In this document: piece by piece, positions 17,185 to 27,763 of the stretch
Numbering within the stretch: position 1 is the first letter of the stretch
Layout: each line of letters begins with the position of its first letter
DNA from: an uncultured Alphaproteobacteria bacterium
GTDB lineage: Bacteria > Pseudomonadota > Alphaproteobacteria > Rs-D84
Assembly: GCA_946623825.1 (NCBI GenBank)
Contig: CAMORN010000001.1
Span: 258,246-322,245 of the forward strand
Length of the DNA stretch: 64,000 bases
Reading direction: 5' to 3'
Made by a program: the position numbers and the translations under genes
The notes under the pieces: model-generated
Told to the model about the DNA's origin: nothing
Database searches by the model: none
Seen by the model: the letters and a program-made list of their open reading frames with translations, nothing else

Positions 17185-18330
17185 TTATGCGTTGCGCCCA
17201 GCGACAACACCGCTTGAAAACGCCCATTGTAAATTAAATCCGCCTAAATCACCGGATATATCCATTACTTCGCCTGCGAAAAACAACCCCGAACACAGCA
17301 AAGATTCCATTGTTTTTGATGATATGTCTTTTGTATCAATACCACCAAATGTGATTTCTGCGGCATTCATACCAATTGTTTCATATTCAGATATTTCAAA
17401 ATTGGTTATTTTATCGGATATTGTCTTTATTTCACTGTCTTTGAAATCTGCAATATTTTTATGCGGATTTGTTAAAAAGAACAGGGCGAGTTTGTTTGGC
17501 AAATATTCACTTAATATTGTTAAAATATCTTTTTTGCCATTTGTTTGTTTTGCAGATTTTAATATTTCAAAAACATTTTTATCTGGCATAAAATTTATAG
17601 TAAATTTACCGGTGGATAAACTGGCACGATAAATCGCAGGACCACCAATTCCGAAATGTGTAAATAATAAATTATCATGTATAATTCTGTCGTTATTTTT
17701 TATTTGAACAGGACACGAAATACCAGATAAATTTGAATCAAAATATTTTGTTTTTAATGCGCATAATGCAGGGCGCAAAGGAACGATTTTATGACCGAAA
17801 TTTTTTGCTATTAAATGACCAATATTTGACACCCCTAATACAGGATAAGAAACCCCACCAGTAGCAATAATTATTGAATAACATTGAAATTGATTTTTTT
17901 CAGTATTTACAAAGAATAAATTTTTATTTTTAGAAACAGATTCAACTTTTGTATTGTGTTTTATTTCTATGTTTTTAATGTCATTTTTTAATGCGTCTAC
18001 TATGTCTTTTGCACCGTCTTGACAGAAGTATCTATTTGGTTCTTTTTCTGTGAATTTTATGCCTTTTTCTTTCACCCAATTTAATGTGTCAATTGGTGAA
18101 AATTGTTTCAATGCAGATATGGTAAATTTAGGGTTGTTTCCAAAGTATTTTTTATATGTTGCAGATGTGTTTGTAAAATTACAATTACCACCACCCGAAA
18201 TCGCAACTTTTCGTGCATGGGTGTCGCCCATGTCTAAAACCAAAACACTTTTTTTGCGTAAATATAATTCGTGTGCCGCCTTTAACCCAGCAGCCCCAGC
18301 GCCAACAATAATTACATCATATATTTTCAT
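17185..18330 (-). CDS. FAD-dependent flavoprotein of the HI0933/YhiN (BaiN-like) family
   Basis: MKIYDVIIVGAGAAGLKAA Rossmann motif and C-terminal GLFFAGEVMDISGDLGGFNLQWAFSSG. The start was trimmed to ATG 18330. Confidence 0.72.
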   Translation of the reverse strand: MKIYDVIIVGAGAAGLKAAHELYLRKKSVLVLDMGDTHARKVAISGGGNCNFTNTSATYKKYFGNNPKFTISALKQFSPIDTLNWVKEKGIKFTEKEPNRYFCQDGAKDIVDALKNDIKNIEIKHNTKVESVSKNKNLFFVNTEKNQFQCYSIIIATGGVSYPVLGVSNIGHLIAKNFGHKIVPLRPALCALKTKYFDSNLSGISCPVQIKNNDRIIHDNLLFTHFGIGGPAIYRASLSTGKFTINFMPDKNVFEILKSAKQTNGKKDILTILSEYLPNKLALFFLTNPHKNIADFKDSEIKTISDKITNFEISEYETIGMNAAEITFGGIDTKDISSKTMESLLCSGLFFAGEVMDISGDLGGFNLQWAFSSGVVAGRNA

Positions 18331-18495
18331 AATGTATATGTTATCGGAAATAATCACAAGTTCCATAAAAATATTGAAAAATAAAAAATATTGTTTTATA
18401 ATACTGGTCATCAAAAGCAAATGTTTTTGATAACACAGGGTGGATTTATTTCCTAACTTGTTCGACCTTTAACTGAACTAAATAAGGAGTCAAAA

Positions 18496-19056
18496 ATGAT
18501 AACTTTTACATTAGAAACACCACGTTTCGACAAAAACTCACTTTCATGTTTGTTTGAAAATATTGATTTAATCAGAAATAATCAATCGTTTATAAATACC
18601 AGAAAAAAATATCGCAATATTAAGATAAAAGGTATTTTTTCTGCCGGTTTATATGTTGGTGGGACAGAAATCCCATTGGGTGTGTTATTAGATTTGTGGA
18701 ATAACACGAATTGGCACACTGATAATAAATTTTATTTTAATATAGTCGGTTCGCCGTTGTCTGGAATGAATAATTGTGCATGGTATGATTATACAACCAA
18801 ACGAATTGAGACCGGAAGGGTCGAAAGGTGGCATTATTTAGCGCCAACAGCATTGAACAGGGTGCAAAAAAGCAAAGATTATTTGTTTAGACAACAACAA
18901 TTGGCAAAATGGCGTGATAAAAACAAAAGAGAAAACAGCTCTTTTGCACAATGGAGCAAAAATGTGGAAAAAAATAATATAAAATATTATGAATGTCCAA
19001 AGGTTGCTAAAACGCTAACGATTTTTCAGTTGGTAGATTTGTTAAAGCAAAAATAA
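18496..19056 (+). CDS. hypothetical protein (186 aa)
   Basis: AAGGAG RBS 6 nt before the ATG. No motif recognised. Confidence 0.55.
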   Translation: MITFTLETPRFDKNSLSCLFENIDLIRNNQSFINTRKKYRNIKIKGIFSAGLYVGGTEIPLGVLLDLWNNTNWHTDNKFYFNIVGSPLSGMNNCAWYDYTTKRIETGRVERWHYLAPTALNRVQKSKDYLFRQQQLAKWRDKNKRENSSFAQWSKNVEKNNIKYYECPKVAKTLTIFQLVDLLKQK

Positions 19057-19090
19057 AAAAAAGGCCGTCAAAAGACGGCTTTTTAATCTG

Positions 19091-19167
19091 TGGTGGGTTA
19101 GGTAGGACTCGAACCCACGACCAAAGCGTTATGAGCGCTCCGCTCTAACCAACTGAGCTACTAACCC
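19091..19167 (-). tRNA. tRNA with CAT anticodon (elongator Met or lysidine-modified Ile2; not initiator-like)
   Basis: GGGTTAG-TA-GCTC-AGTTGGTTA-GAGC-G-GAGCG-CTCATAA-CGCTT-TGGTC-GTGGG-TTCGAGT-CCTAC-CTAACCC-A-CCA. It has a G1-C72 pair and no GGG/CCC anticodon stem. Confidence 0.9.
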
Positions 19168-19179
19168 ACAGCGAAACAT

Positions 19180-19207
19180 ATTATATCTATTTTGTTTTGT
19201 CTTGCAA
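19180..19207 (-). promoter_or_regulatory. sigma70-type promoter of tRNA-CAT
   Basis: On the reverse strand: TTGCAA (19207-19202), a 16-nt spacer, then TATAAT (19185-19180), 12 nt before the mature 5' end. The -35 lies inside a 20-bp perfect palindrome (19195-19214). Confidence 0.6.
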
Positions 19208-19261
19208 GACAAAAATGAACTTATCTTGCTTTTTTTTGTAAGGTATGGTAAATATAACCGT

Positions 19262-20542
19262 ATGCCTGATATGATTCCAATTTTGAACGAAAACCAGATG
19301 TGTGCCTTTAATACGATAGAACACACAAATTCTAATATTTTAATATTGGGTCAGGCGGGAACCGGTAAATCCACATTTGTAAATTATCTTAAATCTGTGT
19401 CGGCAAAACGTATTGTGTGCGCATGTCCGACGGCTGTGTCTGCGTTGAATATTGGTGGTCAAACAATTCATTCTTTGTTTCAAATTCAGCCGCGAGATTT
19501 TATTTTGCCTGAAATTCTTAAATTAAAGGCTAAACCACGTAATATTTTAACAGCCACAGATATTTTGGTGATTGATGAAATATCTATGGTTGCACCAGAT
19601 TTGTTAGATGCAATAGATATATTGGCGCGTATGGCGCGTCGCAATAATGAGCCGTTTGGTGGAATTCAGATTGTTGCAATTGGAGATTTGTTTCAATTAC
19701 CGCCAGTTATAACACGTGATGCAGAAGATTATTATAAACAAGAATATGGGTATAAAAACGCTTATTTTTTTGATGCAAATGTTTATAAACGGGCAAATTT
19801 CTTGAAATTTGATTTTAATCAGGTTTATCGTCAAAGTGATAATGAATTATTGAATAATTTGATATTGTTGCGAAATAACGATATTTCTGCATTACCATTT
19901 TTTAACAATTGTCGCATAGAAGACGAACAAATACTTAAAAACGCGGTTATAATTACACCATTTCGTGCAATTGCGGACAGAATAAATACAGAACGATTAA
20001 ATCAAATATCTGCACCTGAAATTAAATATACTGGTGAAATAGACGGTTTGTTTAATGCGAACGATGTGCCGGCGCCTATGGAATTAAAGTTAAAGCAGGG
20101 CGCGTTGGTTATGTTTGTTAAAAACGGCGACAAATGGCATAACGGTTCAATGGGGGTTATAGAAGGTTTGGGAACACGCAGCATAAATGTCAGAATCATA
20201 GATGATAACAGATGTGAAAATGTTAATGTGAAACCTGAAAAATGGTCCAAGATAGAATATTCGCGTGATGAAAATGACAGAATTGTCGAAAATGAAGTCG
20301 GGTCATATAAACAATTTCCGTTAACATTGGGATATGCGATGACGATACATAAATCTCAGGGAAAAACATTGTCAAAGGTTGTGTTGGATATTTCGAGTGG
20401 TGCTTTTGCGCATGGTCAAACATATGTTGCGTTATCGCGAACACGTTCTGCAAAAGATATGCATGTTGTAAAACCGTTACGTGAAAGAGATATAATTTTT
20501 GATAAAAGAATTATTGATTTTGTAAATGATGTTTCGGAATAA
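19262..20542 (+). CDS. PIF1/RecD-like SF1 helicase
   Basis: ILGQAGTGKST (Walker A), VIDEISMV, GDLFQLPPV, YAMTIHKSQGKTL, YVALSRTRS. The start was trimmed to ATG 19262. Confidence 0.85.
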   Translation: MPDMIPILNENQMCAFNTIEHTNSNILILGQAGTGKSTFVNYLKSVSAKRIVCACPTAVSALNIGGQTIHSLFQIQPRDFILPEILKLKAKPRNILTATDILVIDEISMVAPDLLDAIDILARMARRNNEPFGGIQIVAIGDLFQLPPVITRDAEDYYKQEYGYKNAYFFDANVYKRANFLKFDFNQVYRQSDNELLNNLILLRNNDISALPFFNNCRIEDEQILKNAVIITPFRAIADRINTERLNQISAPEIKYTGEIDGLFNANDVPAPMELKLKQGALVMFVKNGDKWHNGSMGVIEGLGTRSINVRIIDDNRCENVNVKPEKWSKIEYSRDENDRIVENEVGSYKQFPLTLGYAMTIHKSQGKTLSKVVLDISSGAFAHGQTYVALSRTRSAKDMHVVKPLRERDIIFDKRIIDFVNDVSE

Positions 20543-20543
20543 A

Positions 20544-20930
20544 TTATAATTGTTTTTCCATTAAAATAGCATCAACACCATTATAGTATTTAGGACGCAA
20601 ACCAACGTTCTTGAAACCGGTTGATTCATATAATTTTTGACCTGCAATATTTATTGAAGAAACTTCTAAAAATATTTTTTTAACCCCTTGATTTTTAAGA
20701 ATATTTTCGATTATACCGATCATAGCGGTTGCAATACCTTTGCGCTGCATTTCTGGGTTTACACCAATGGTAATTATTTCAGCTTCATCAACCACAGAAC
20801 GATAAACAATAAACCCGTTTTCAGACATAATAATTTCGCATCCAGATTTTTTTAAATCACGAAAATCATCTGACGACCACGGGTGTTCTGGGAAACATTT
20901 TGCATGAAGATTTGCGATTTCGTTAAACAT
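20544..20930 (-). CDS. rimI: ribosomal-protein-alanine N-acetyltransferase (GNAT)
   Basis: GVNPEMQRKGIATAMI acetyl-CoA motif. The gene sits directly after tsaB with a 1-nt overlap, the classic tsaB-rimI pair. Confidence 0.75.
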   Translation of the reverse strand: MFNEIANLHAKCFPEHPWSSDDFRDLKKSGCEIIMSENGFIVYRSVVDEAEIITIGVNPEMQRKGIATAMIGIIENILKNQGVKKIFLEVSSINIAGQKLYESTGFKNVGLRPKYYNGVDAILMEKQL

Positions 20931-21460
20931 TATTTTTCAGCATAACTTGGTCTTAAATACATTGGAATCACAGGTTTCAAATCGCCATTTTTAATTTTTG
21001 TTTCAACAATATCTTTTGCATACATAAAATTGTATGGTTTATGTCCGACGGTTGACTGGCATTTCATTTGTTCTGTTTCTACTTCATCAATTGTCATTGT
21101 GCATGGTGTGTGTACAGAAGATGCAACAAAAAAATCACCACGACCAGAATCTATTGCAACAAATGTGTTTGGTGTTTCGTATAAATATAATTCAAATACA
21201 TTTACAGGAACGACCGGTATGTTTAATGCAAGACCGATGCCTTTTGCATATGCAATACCCATACGAATACCGGTAAAACTGCCCGGACCAACAACAACAC
21301 CAATTGCGGTTAAATCACGCATAGAAACATTATTTTCTTGCAAGAAATTCATTACTGCGTTTGGCAGGGCGATTGCTTGCTTTTCTGCCTCTATTTTCAT
21401 ATGTTTATTGTCCAACAATAATTCTATGCCACGATTTGAAGTATTTATAACTAAAATCAT
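20930..21460 (-). CDS. tsaB: tRNA t6A37 biosynthesis protein TsaB (short, 176 aa)
   Basis: MILVINTSN..., VVVGPGSFTGIRMGIAYAKG. Confidence 0.8.
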   Translation of the reverse strand: MILVINTSNRGIELLLDNKHMKIEAEKQAIALPNAVMNFLQENNVSMRDLTAIGVVVGPGSFTGIRMGIAYAKGIGLALNIPVVPVNVFELYLYETPNTFVAIDSGRGDFFVASSVHTPCTMTIDEVETEQMKCQSTVGHKPYNFMYAKDIVETKIKNGDLKPVIPMYLRPSYAEK

Positions 21461-21478
21461 ATTGTTTTTTTCCTTTTT

Positions 21479-23239
21479 TTATATTCTGGCACTGAAACCA
21501 ATTTTATTATTGGTGTTTGCGTGATGGTGGACAGACAATAATTGATCTATTTTTTCTTTTGTAAATTCTGTTTTAACATCTTCGCCATTATTTTCCAGCA
21601 AACTGCGACGTAACATAGCGGATATTTCGCGTTGTAATTCACGAACACCTTGTTCAGATGTGTATTCACGAATAATATGCAATATTGCATTGTCATCTAT
21701 AACAATGTTTTCAACATTCCAACCGGTGTCGTTTGCAGCGCGTTCCAATAAATGTTCGCGGGCAATACGCAGTTTTTCTTGTTCTGTGTATGCAGGGATT
21801 TCGATGATTTCCATACGGTCTTTCAATGCAGAAGACATATTCAAAGAATTAGATGTAGCAATAAACAAAACATTTGATAAATCAAAATCTACTTCTAAAT
21901 AATGGTCGCGGAAAGTTTTGTTTTGTTCTGGGTCTAATATTTCAAGCAGTGCAGATTCAGGATCACCACGCCAATCACGTCCCATTTTATCTATTTCGTC
22001 CAATACGATAACAGGATTGTTGGTTTTACATCTTTTTAATGCGTCCATAATTCGTCCACATTGCGCACCTATATAGGTTTTTCTATGTCCACGAAAATGT
22101 GATTCATCAGAAATTCCACCCAATGAAATTCTGCAATATTTGCGACCCAATGCATCGGCAATAGATTTACAAAGTGATGTTTTACCAACCCCAGGTGCGC
22201 CAACAAAACACAAAATACTGCCACGGTTTTTACCGGTCTTTTTCATAACTGCAATATGTTCAAGAATTCTTTCTTTCACAGGTTGCATACCGGAATGTTC
22301 TTTGTCCAATGTAGAACGCGCGGTTTGTAAATCTATTGGGAAAGAATCACTTTTATCCCATGGCATAGACAACAATTCATCAAGATATGTTTTTAATAAT
22401 CCGCCTTCTTGGGACATAGGGGACATTGCGCGCATACGTTTTAATTCGGACATAGCCTTTTCTTTGGCTTCTTTTGGCATATTAGATTTTTCAATCTTTT
22501 TACGAATGGTGATGGTAGAATTTTCTTCTTCGTCATCTTCGCCCATTTCTTTCTGAATTGCACGTAATTTTTCTTGTAAAATAGCCTGTCTTTGTCCGCT
22601 TTCCATCTGTGTTTGGACACGACGATTTATATCAGATTCTATTTTTTGTGCTTCAAGAACCAATAGAACCTGTTCCAACAAAGCGACTAATTTTTCACGC
22701 CAGCTGGTTATTTTCAAAATATTAATTGCAATTTCTGTGTCAATTTCAGCCATTTGAATCACAGAATCTATAAACGCAGGCAATGGATAATTTTGAATGA
22801 CTGCGCGTAATTTTTCCATTTTCTGTTTGTGATTATTGGACAGCATTTGCATAACATCTGCAACCTTGTCTCGCAAGATAAGTGTTTGTTCAAAATCTTG
22901 GTCGTCCAATATATGTACAGGTGTAATATCTGCAGAAAAAATGCGTTTATCAACACTGATGTTCGATAATTCTACGACATCTGTTGTTTTTATTATGGTA
23001 TGAACCGCCCCGTCTGGCATATGTAAAACCTGAGCAATTTCGCCGTATGTACCCGTTGTGAACAAATCTGTTGCAAACATCGGATAAGACCATCCGTGTT
23101 GCGGACATAAAACGATTTTGCGATTTTGTTCCATTGCGGATTCTATACAGGCAACAGACATAGGATTATCAACATACACCGGTACCGTCAGGCCCGGATG
23201 TACAACCAAATCACGAACAGGTAAAATAAATTCTTTCAT
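21479..23239 (-). CDS. lon: Lon-like AAA+ ATPase lacking the S16 protease domain
   Basis: LON N-domain (ILPVRDLVVHPGLTVPVYV), GAPGVGKTSL (Walker A), VIVLDEIDK (Walker B), and the alpha-subdomain EYTSEQGVRELQREI. The ORF stops at residue 586, where the protease domain normally begins. Confidence 0.85.
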   Translation of the reverse strand: MKEFILPVRDLVVHPGLTVPVYVDNPMSVACIESAMEQNRKIVLCPQHGWSYPMFATDLFTTGTYGEIAQVLHMPDGAVHTIIKTTDVVELSNISVDKRIFSADITPVHILDDQDFEQTLILRDKVADVMQMLSNNHKQKMEKLRAVIQNYPLPAFIDSVIQMAEIDTEIAINILKITSWREKLVALLEQVLLVLEAQKIESDINRRVQTQMESGQRQAILQEKLRAIQKEMGEDDEEENSTITIRKKIEKSNMPKEAKEKAMSELKRMRAMSPMSQEGGLLKTYLDELLSMPWDKSDSFPIDLQTARSTLDKEHSGMQPVKERILEHIAVMKKTGKNRGSILCFVGAPGVGKTSLCKSIADALGRKYCRISLGGISDESHFRGHRKTYIGAQCGRIMDALKRCKTNNPVIVLDEIDKMGRDWRGDPESALLEILDPEQNKTFRDHYLEVDFDLSNVLFIATSNSLNMSSALKDRMEIIEIPAYTEQEKLRIAREHLLERAANDTGWNVENIVIDDNAILHIIREYTSEQGVRELQREISAMLRRSLLENNGEDVKTEFTKEKIDQLLSVHHHANTNNKIGFSARI

Positions 23240-23335
23240 AGCATTTTTAAATATAGAATATTTTATAGATTTTTCAAGGTATAAAAAAATTCCCTGATTA
23301 AAATCAGAGAATTTTTGTTTTTTTATTGTTTTATA

Positions 23336-23569
23336 TTAACGACGGCGAACAAAATTGTTTCCGTGAGATTGTGCGTTATTGCTGCTGCGTTTTGATAAAT
23401 AACGTGCGCCAATCAAAACCAACCATTCAACAGACAATAATGCTAATGCGATAACTTTTTCTTGGCAACCCTGTAAATATGCCAAAACATATACGAATTG
23501 TGCGATGTAAGAAATGTATAAAACACCGAATACACCTGTAAAGAATATTTTTTTGATTTTTCCGAACAT
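23336..23569 (-). CDS. small hypothetical membrane protein (77 aa)
   Basis: AAAGGAAAA RBS, two hydrophobic helices, and a hairpin plus T-run downstream (about 23285-23320). Confidence 0.45.
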   Translation of the reverse strand: MFGKIKKIFFTGVFGVLYISYIAQFVYVLAYLQGCQEKVIALALLSVEWLVLIGARYLSKRSSNNAQSHGNNFVRRR

Positions 23570-23599
23570 TTTATTTTCCTTTTTATTTTATCATTCATA

Positions 23600-24996
<1,397 letters not shown>

Positions 24997-24999
24997 ATT

Positions 25000-25503
25000 A
25001 TGTGTGTAAAACAAATCAAAGTTTTAGAAAATCCAATGGACGAATATAAAACATTTGCAGACAGAAAAAAAGCCTATGATTTAGCATGTACACAAAACGG
25101 TGTTTATGCTGTTGATGTAAATTTGAAAAAAATACCATTAAACAAAGTTAGTGTAAAAAAATTGGCTTTTGTTGGCGGTTTTTGGCGTGTGCAAAAACAT
25201 TTTCCTTATGAAATTACACGTGTTCGTGACAAAGATATGGTTATCATGGACAGAATAAAATATAGAGACAAAACTGAATTTGAATACTATAACGCAAAAG
25301 ATGTCGGATATAATTGTTATGGTCCTTTTACGATCAACGGTAATACAAGTGATTATGTTGTATCAAAAAGTGTGACAAACAAAGGCGTATGTTGGGGGTA
25401 TGGTAAAAGTATAGAATCTGCACGTGCGTTTTTGGGTCTTAAATTATTAGATGAATATATGGATGTTGTTAAAGCAGCAATGAATCAAAACATAAGAAAA
25501 TAA
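25000..25503 (+). CDS. hypothetical protein (167 aa)
   Basis: ORF starting 4 nt after the obg stop. No motif recognised. Confidence 0.5.
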   Translation: MCVKQIKVLENPMDEYKTFADRKKAYDLACTQNGVYAVDVNLKKIPLNKVSVKKLAFVGGFWRVQKHFPYEITRVRDKDMVIMDRIKYRDKTEFEYYNAKDVGYNCYGPFTINGNTSDYVVSKSVTNKGVCWGYGKSIESARAFLGLKLLDEYMDVVKAAMNQNIRK

Positions 25504-25511
25504 TTTTTTTG

Positions 25512-25537
25512 ATTTTATCGGGCTTCTCTGATAAAAT
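25512..25537 (+). promoter_or_regulatory. 8-bp perfect inverted repeat upstream of rubrerythrin (candidate operator)
   Basis: ATTTTATC, 10 nt, then GATAAAAT, about 45 nt upstream of the rbr ATG. Confidence 0.3.
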
Positions 25538-25580
25538 AAGGGCGAAATAAAATTAACACAAACCAACAAGGAGAAAACAA

Positions 25581-26201
25581 ATGGTATCATTGAAAGGCAC
25601 ACAAACAGAAAAGAATTTATTGATTGCTTTTGCCGGTGAATCTCAGGCTCGTAATCGTTATACATTCTTTGCATCTCAGGCTAAAAAAGACGGATATGAA
25701 GCAATCGCAAACATCTTTCTTGAAACCGCTGAACAAGAAAAAGAACATGCATCTCGTCTTTTTAAATATTTAGAAGGTGGCGATATTGAAATCACAGCTT
25801 CTTTTCCAGCTGGTAAAATTGGTGAAACATTGGAAAATTTGAAAGCTGCTGCATATGGTGAGCACGAAGAAAATACAGACATGTATCCAAAGTTTGCACA
25901 AATTGCAGCTCAAGAAGGTTTCACAGCTATCGCAGAAGTATTGAAAAATATCGGTTATGCAGAACGTTATCATGAATCTCGTTTTCGTGCATTAGCGGAA
26001 GCAATCGAAAACGGAACATTGTTTAAATCTGATAAAATCGTTATGTGGCGTTGCACAAATTGTGGTAATTGGCACATTGGTACAGAAGCACCATCTGTTT
26101 GTCCTGCATGTTTGCATCCACAGGGATATTTTATCAGCGAAGGTGTTATTTCCCGTTGTGATACAAATGAAGGTTTTTGTGAATACACAACAAAAGACTA
26201 A
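25581..26201 (+). CDS. rbr: rubrerythrin
   Basis: Ferritin-like diiron helices (EKEHASRLFKYLEG, ERYHESRF) and a C-terminal rubredoxin-like CTNCGN...CPAC. Confidence 0.9.
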   Translation: MVSLKGTQTEKNLLIAFAGESQARNRYTFFASQAKKDGYEAIANIFLETAEQEKEHASRLFKYLEGGDIEITASFPAGKIGETLENLKAAAYGEHEENTDMYPKFAQIAAQEGFTAIAEVLKNIGYAERYHESRFRALAEAIENGTLFKSDKIVMWRCTNCGNWHIGTEAPSVCPACLHPQGYFISEGVISRCDTNEGFCEYTTKD

Positions 26202-26220
26202 AAACATAACTTCTTTATCT

Positions 26221-26248
26221 AAAAACGCCCGTTTGGGCGTTTTTTTTA
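26221..26248 (+). terminator. intrinsic terminator after rbr
   Basis: AAAAACGCCCGTTTGGGCGTTTTTTTT. The same hairpin sequence recurs at 46021-46048. Confidence 0.8.
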
Positions 26249-26301
26249 TACTTGATTTATCAAAATATATTGGACTAGAATCAGACAAAAGGAATAAATT
26301 C

Positions 26302-26751
26302 ATGCGTTTATTTGGGTTGATGTTTTTAAGTATATCTTTGACGGCGTGCAACAGTGTTTATCTGAAACCAGACAGTTTGGATAAAAACAGTTTGATTTTT
26401 GCGCGTCGTGGCGGATATTCTATGGAACGTTCTATCAAAGAAACTATGGAAAATCGTGGATATAAAACGACTGTTGGTATATTAAAATCTGCCAGTTCTG
26501 CCGGTGATCGTGAAACAGTTGCAATACCTGTAAAGGCAAGATATGTTGTCCGTGTAGAAGAAAGACAAGAAATATTGCGTCCAATATGGTGTGTTTTTAA
26601 TGGTTTTTGGTGGTGGAATTTTAATGTATCTATTTCAGACCGTACAAATGGAACTGAAATTTTATCGTGGCGTGGGCGTGGTTGTGCCAACAGTTCTGTA
26701 GACAAATTAAATTCTATTTTAGATACATTGGAAATCAAATCAGACAAATAA
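26302..26751 (+). CDS. hypothetical lipoprotein
   Basis: MRLFGLMFLSISLTAC lipobox. The start was trimmed from the track ORF 26062. Confidence 0.6.
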   Translation: MRLFGLMFLSISLTACNSVYLKPDSLDKNSLIFARRGGYSMERSIKETMENRGYKTTVGILKSASSAGDRETVAIPVKARYVVRVEERQEILRPIWCVFNGFWWWNFNVSISDRTNGTEILSWRGRGCANSSVDKLNSILDTLEIKSDK

Positions 26752-26797
26752 AAAACCACCCGACAGGGTGGTTTTATAAAAGAATAGTATTTATATA

Positions 26798-27679
26798 TTA
26801 AATGCTGTCAGCATTTACCCATTTACCAGATTTTAATAAACCTGGGGCCATTCCTCTGTCAGAACGCAGAGCGTCAATTACTTGACGTGCTTTTGCAGCA
26901 TCTAAATCAATGATTCTGACTTTGTACATATCGCCTTCGTGAACAACGACTGCATTACCGTATGAAGACAAATCTTTTGCCAAAGATGCGGCGTTGTCTT
27001 CGCTGTAAACTGCGGCAACCTGTACACTGTATTCACCGGTTGTTGGCGCTGTTGCAACAGAAGCTGTTTCAGCAGGTGTTTCTGGTTGAACGGTTGCTGT
27101 TTCTGCAACAGGTTCTGTTTTTACTGTTTCGCCCAATGTTGCATTTTTAACCAATGTTGATTCTGGGGCTAAAACTTGAACTTGGACTTTTGTGTTTCCG
27201 TTTAAACCAATTCGTTGTGCTGCAGCGGTTGATAAATCCATAATGCGTGTATTAACAAAAGGACCACGATTGTTTACGCGGACAACAACTGAATTGCCGT
27301 TTTCTAAATTAGTAACTTTTGCGATTGTTGGCAAAGGCAAAGTTTTACTTGTTGCAACCAATTGATTTGAATCGTAAGTTTCGCCATTGCTTGTTTTATT
27401 ACCGTTTAATTCAACAGGAATAACACCCGCAATACCGGTTTGGTTGTATGTTAAATCTTCTGCTGGGATGTATTGAACATCTTCGATTTTATATGCACTG
27501 CCAATATAATATTTTGGTGCAGCAGCCAATAAATAAGCGTCATTGTTTAATGTAGCAGGTGTTGTGACCAATTGTTCTTCTGCGAAACCTTCATAGCCAT
27601 AATCTGCGACATCGTTGCTGGTGTTAATACAACCGGCAACCAAAGCGGTTAAAACCGTCAGGGATACTATTCTTTTCAT
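26798..27679 (-). CDS. rlpA: septal ring lytic transglycosylase RlpA (DPBB plus SPOR domains), lipoprotein
   Basis: MKRIVSLTVLTALVAGC lipobox, VVVRVNNRGPF...RIMDLSTAAAQRIG (DPBB), and C-terminal YSVQVAAVYSEDNAASLAKDL (SPOR). The start was trimmed to ATG 27679 (GGAGTGAG RBS). Confidence 0.85.
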   Translation of the reverse strand: MKRIVSLTVLTALVAGCINTSNDVADYGYEGFAEEQLVTTPATLNNDAYLLAAAPKYYIGSAYKIEDVQYIPAEDLTYNQTGIAGVIPVELNGNKTSNGETYDSNQLVATSKTLPLPTIAKVTNLENGNSVVVRVNNRGPFVNTRIMDLSTAAAQRIGLNGNTKVQVQVLAPESTLVKNATLGETVKTEPVAETATVQPETPAETASVATAPTTGEYSVQVAAVYSEDNAASLAKDLSSYGNAVVVHEGDMYKVRIIDLDAAKARQVIDALRSDRGMAPGLLKSGKWVNADSI

Positions 27680-27763
27680 ATTCTCACTCCTAGATTTATA
27701 TGGGACCATCCCATATACTTTTATGTATATTATTTTATCATAATAAAAGGCTGGTTGCAAATT

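Noticed and set aside
21460-21479. The Lon truncation as a simple frameshift with the protease domain continuing downstream.
   Set aside because: tsaB starts 19 nt after the lon stop and fills the downstream DNA. No S16-like sequence is present in any frame. A sequencing indel elsewhere cannot be excluded without reads.
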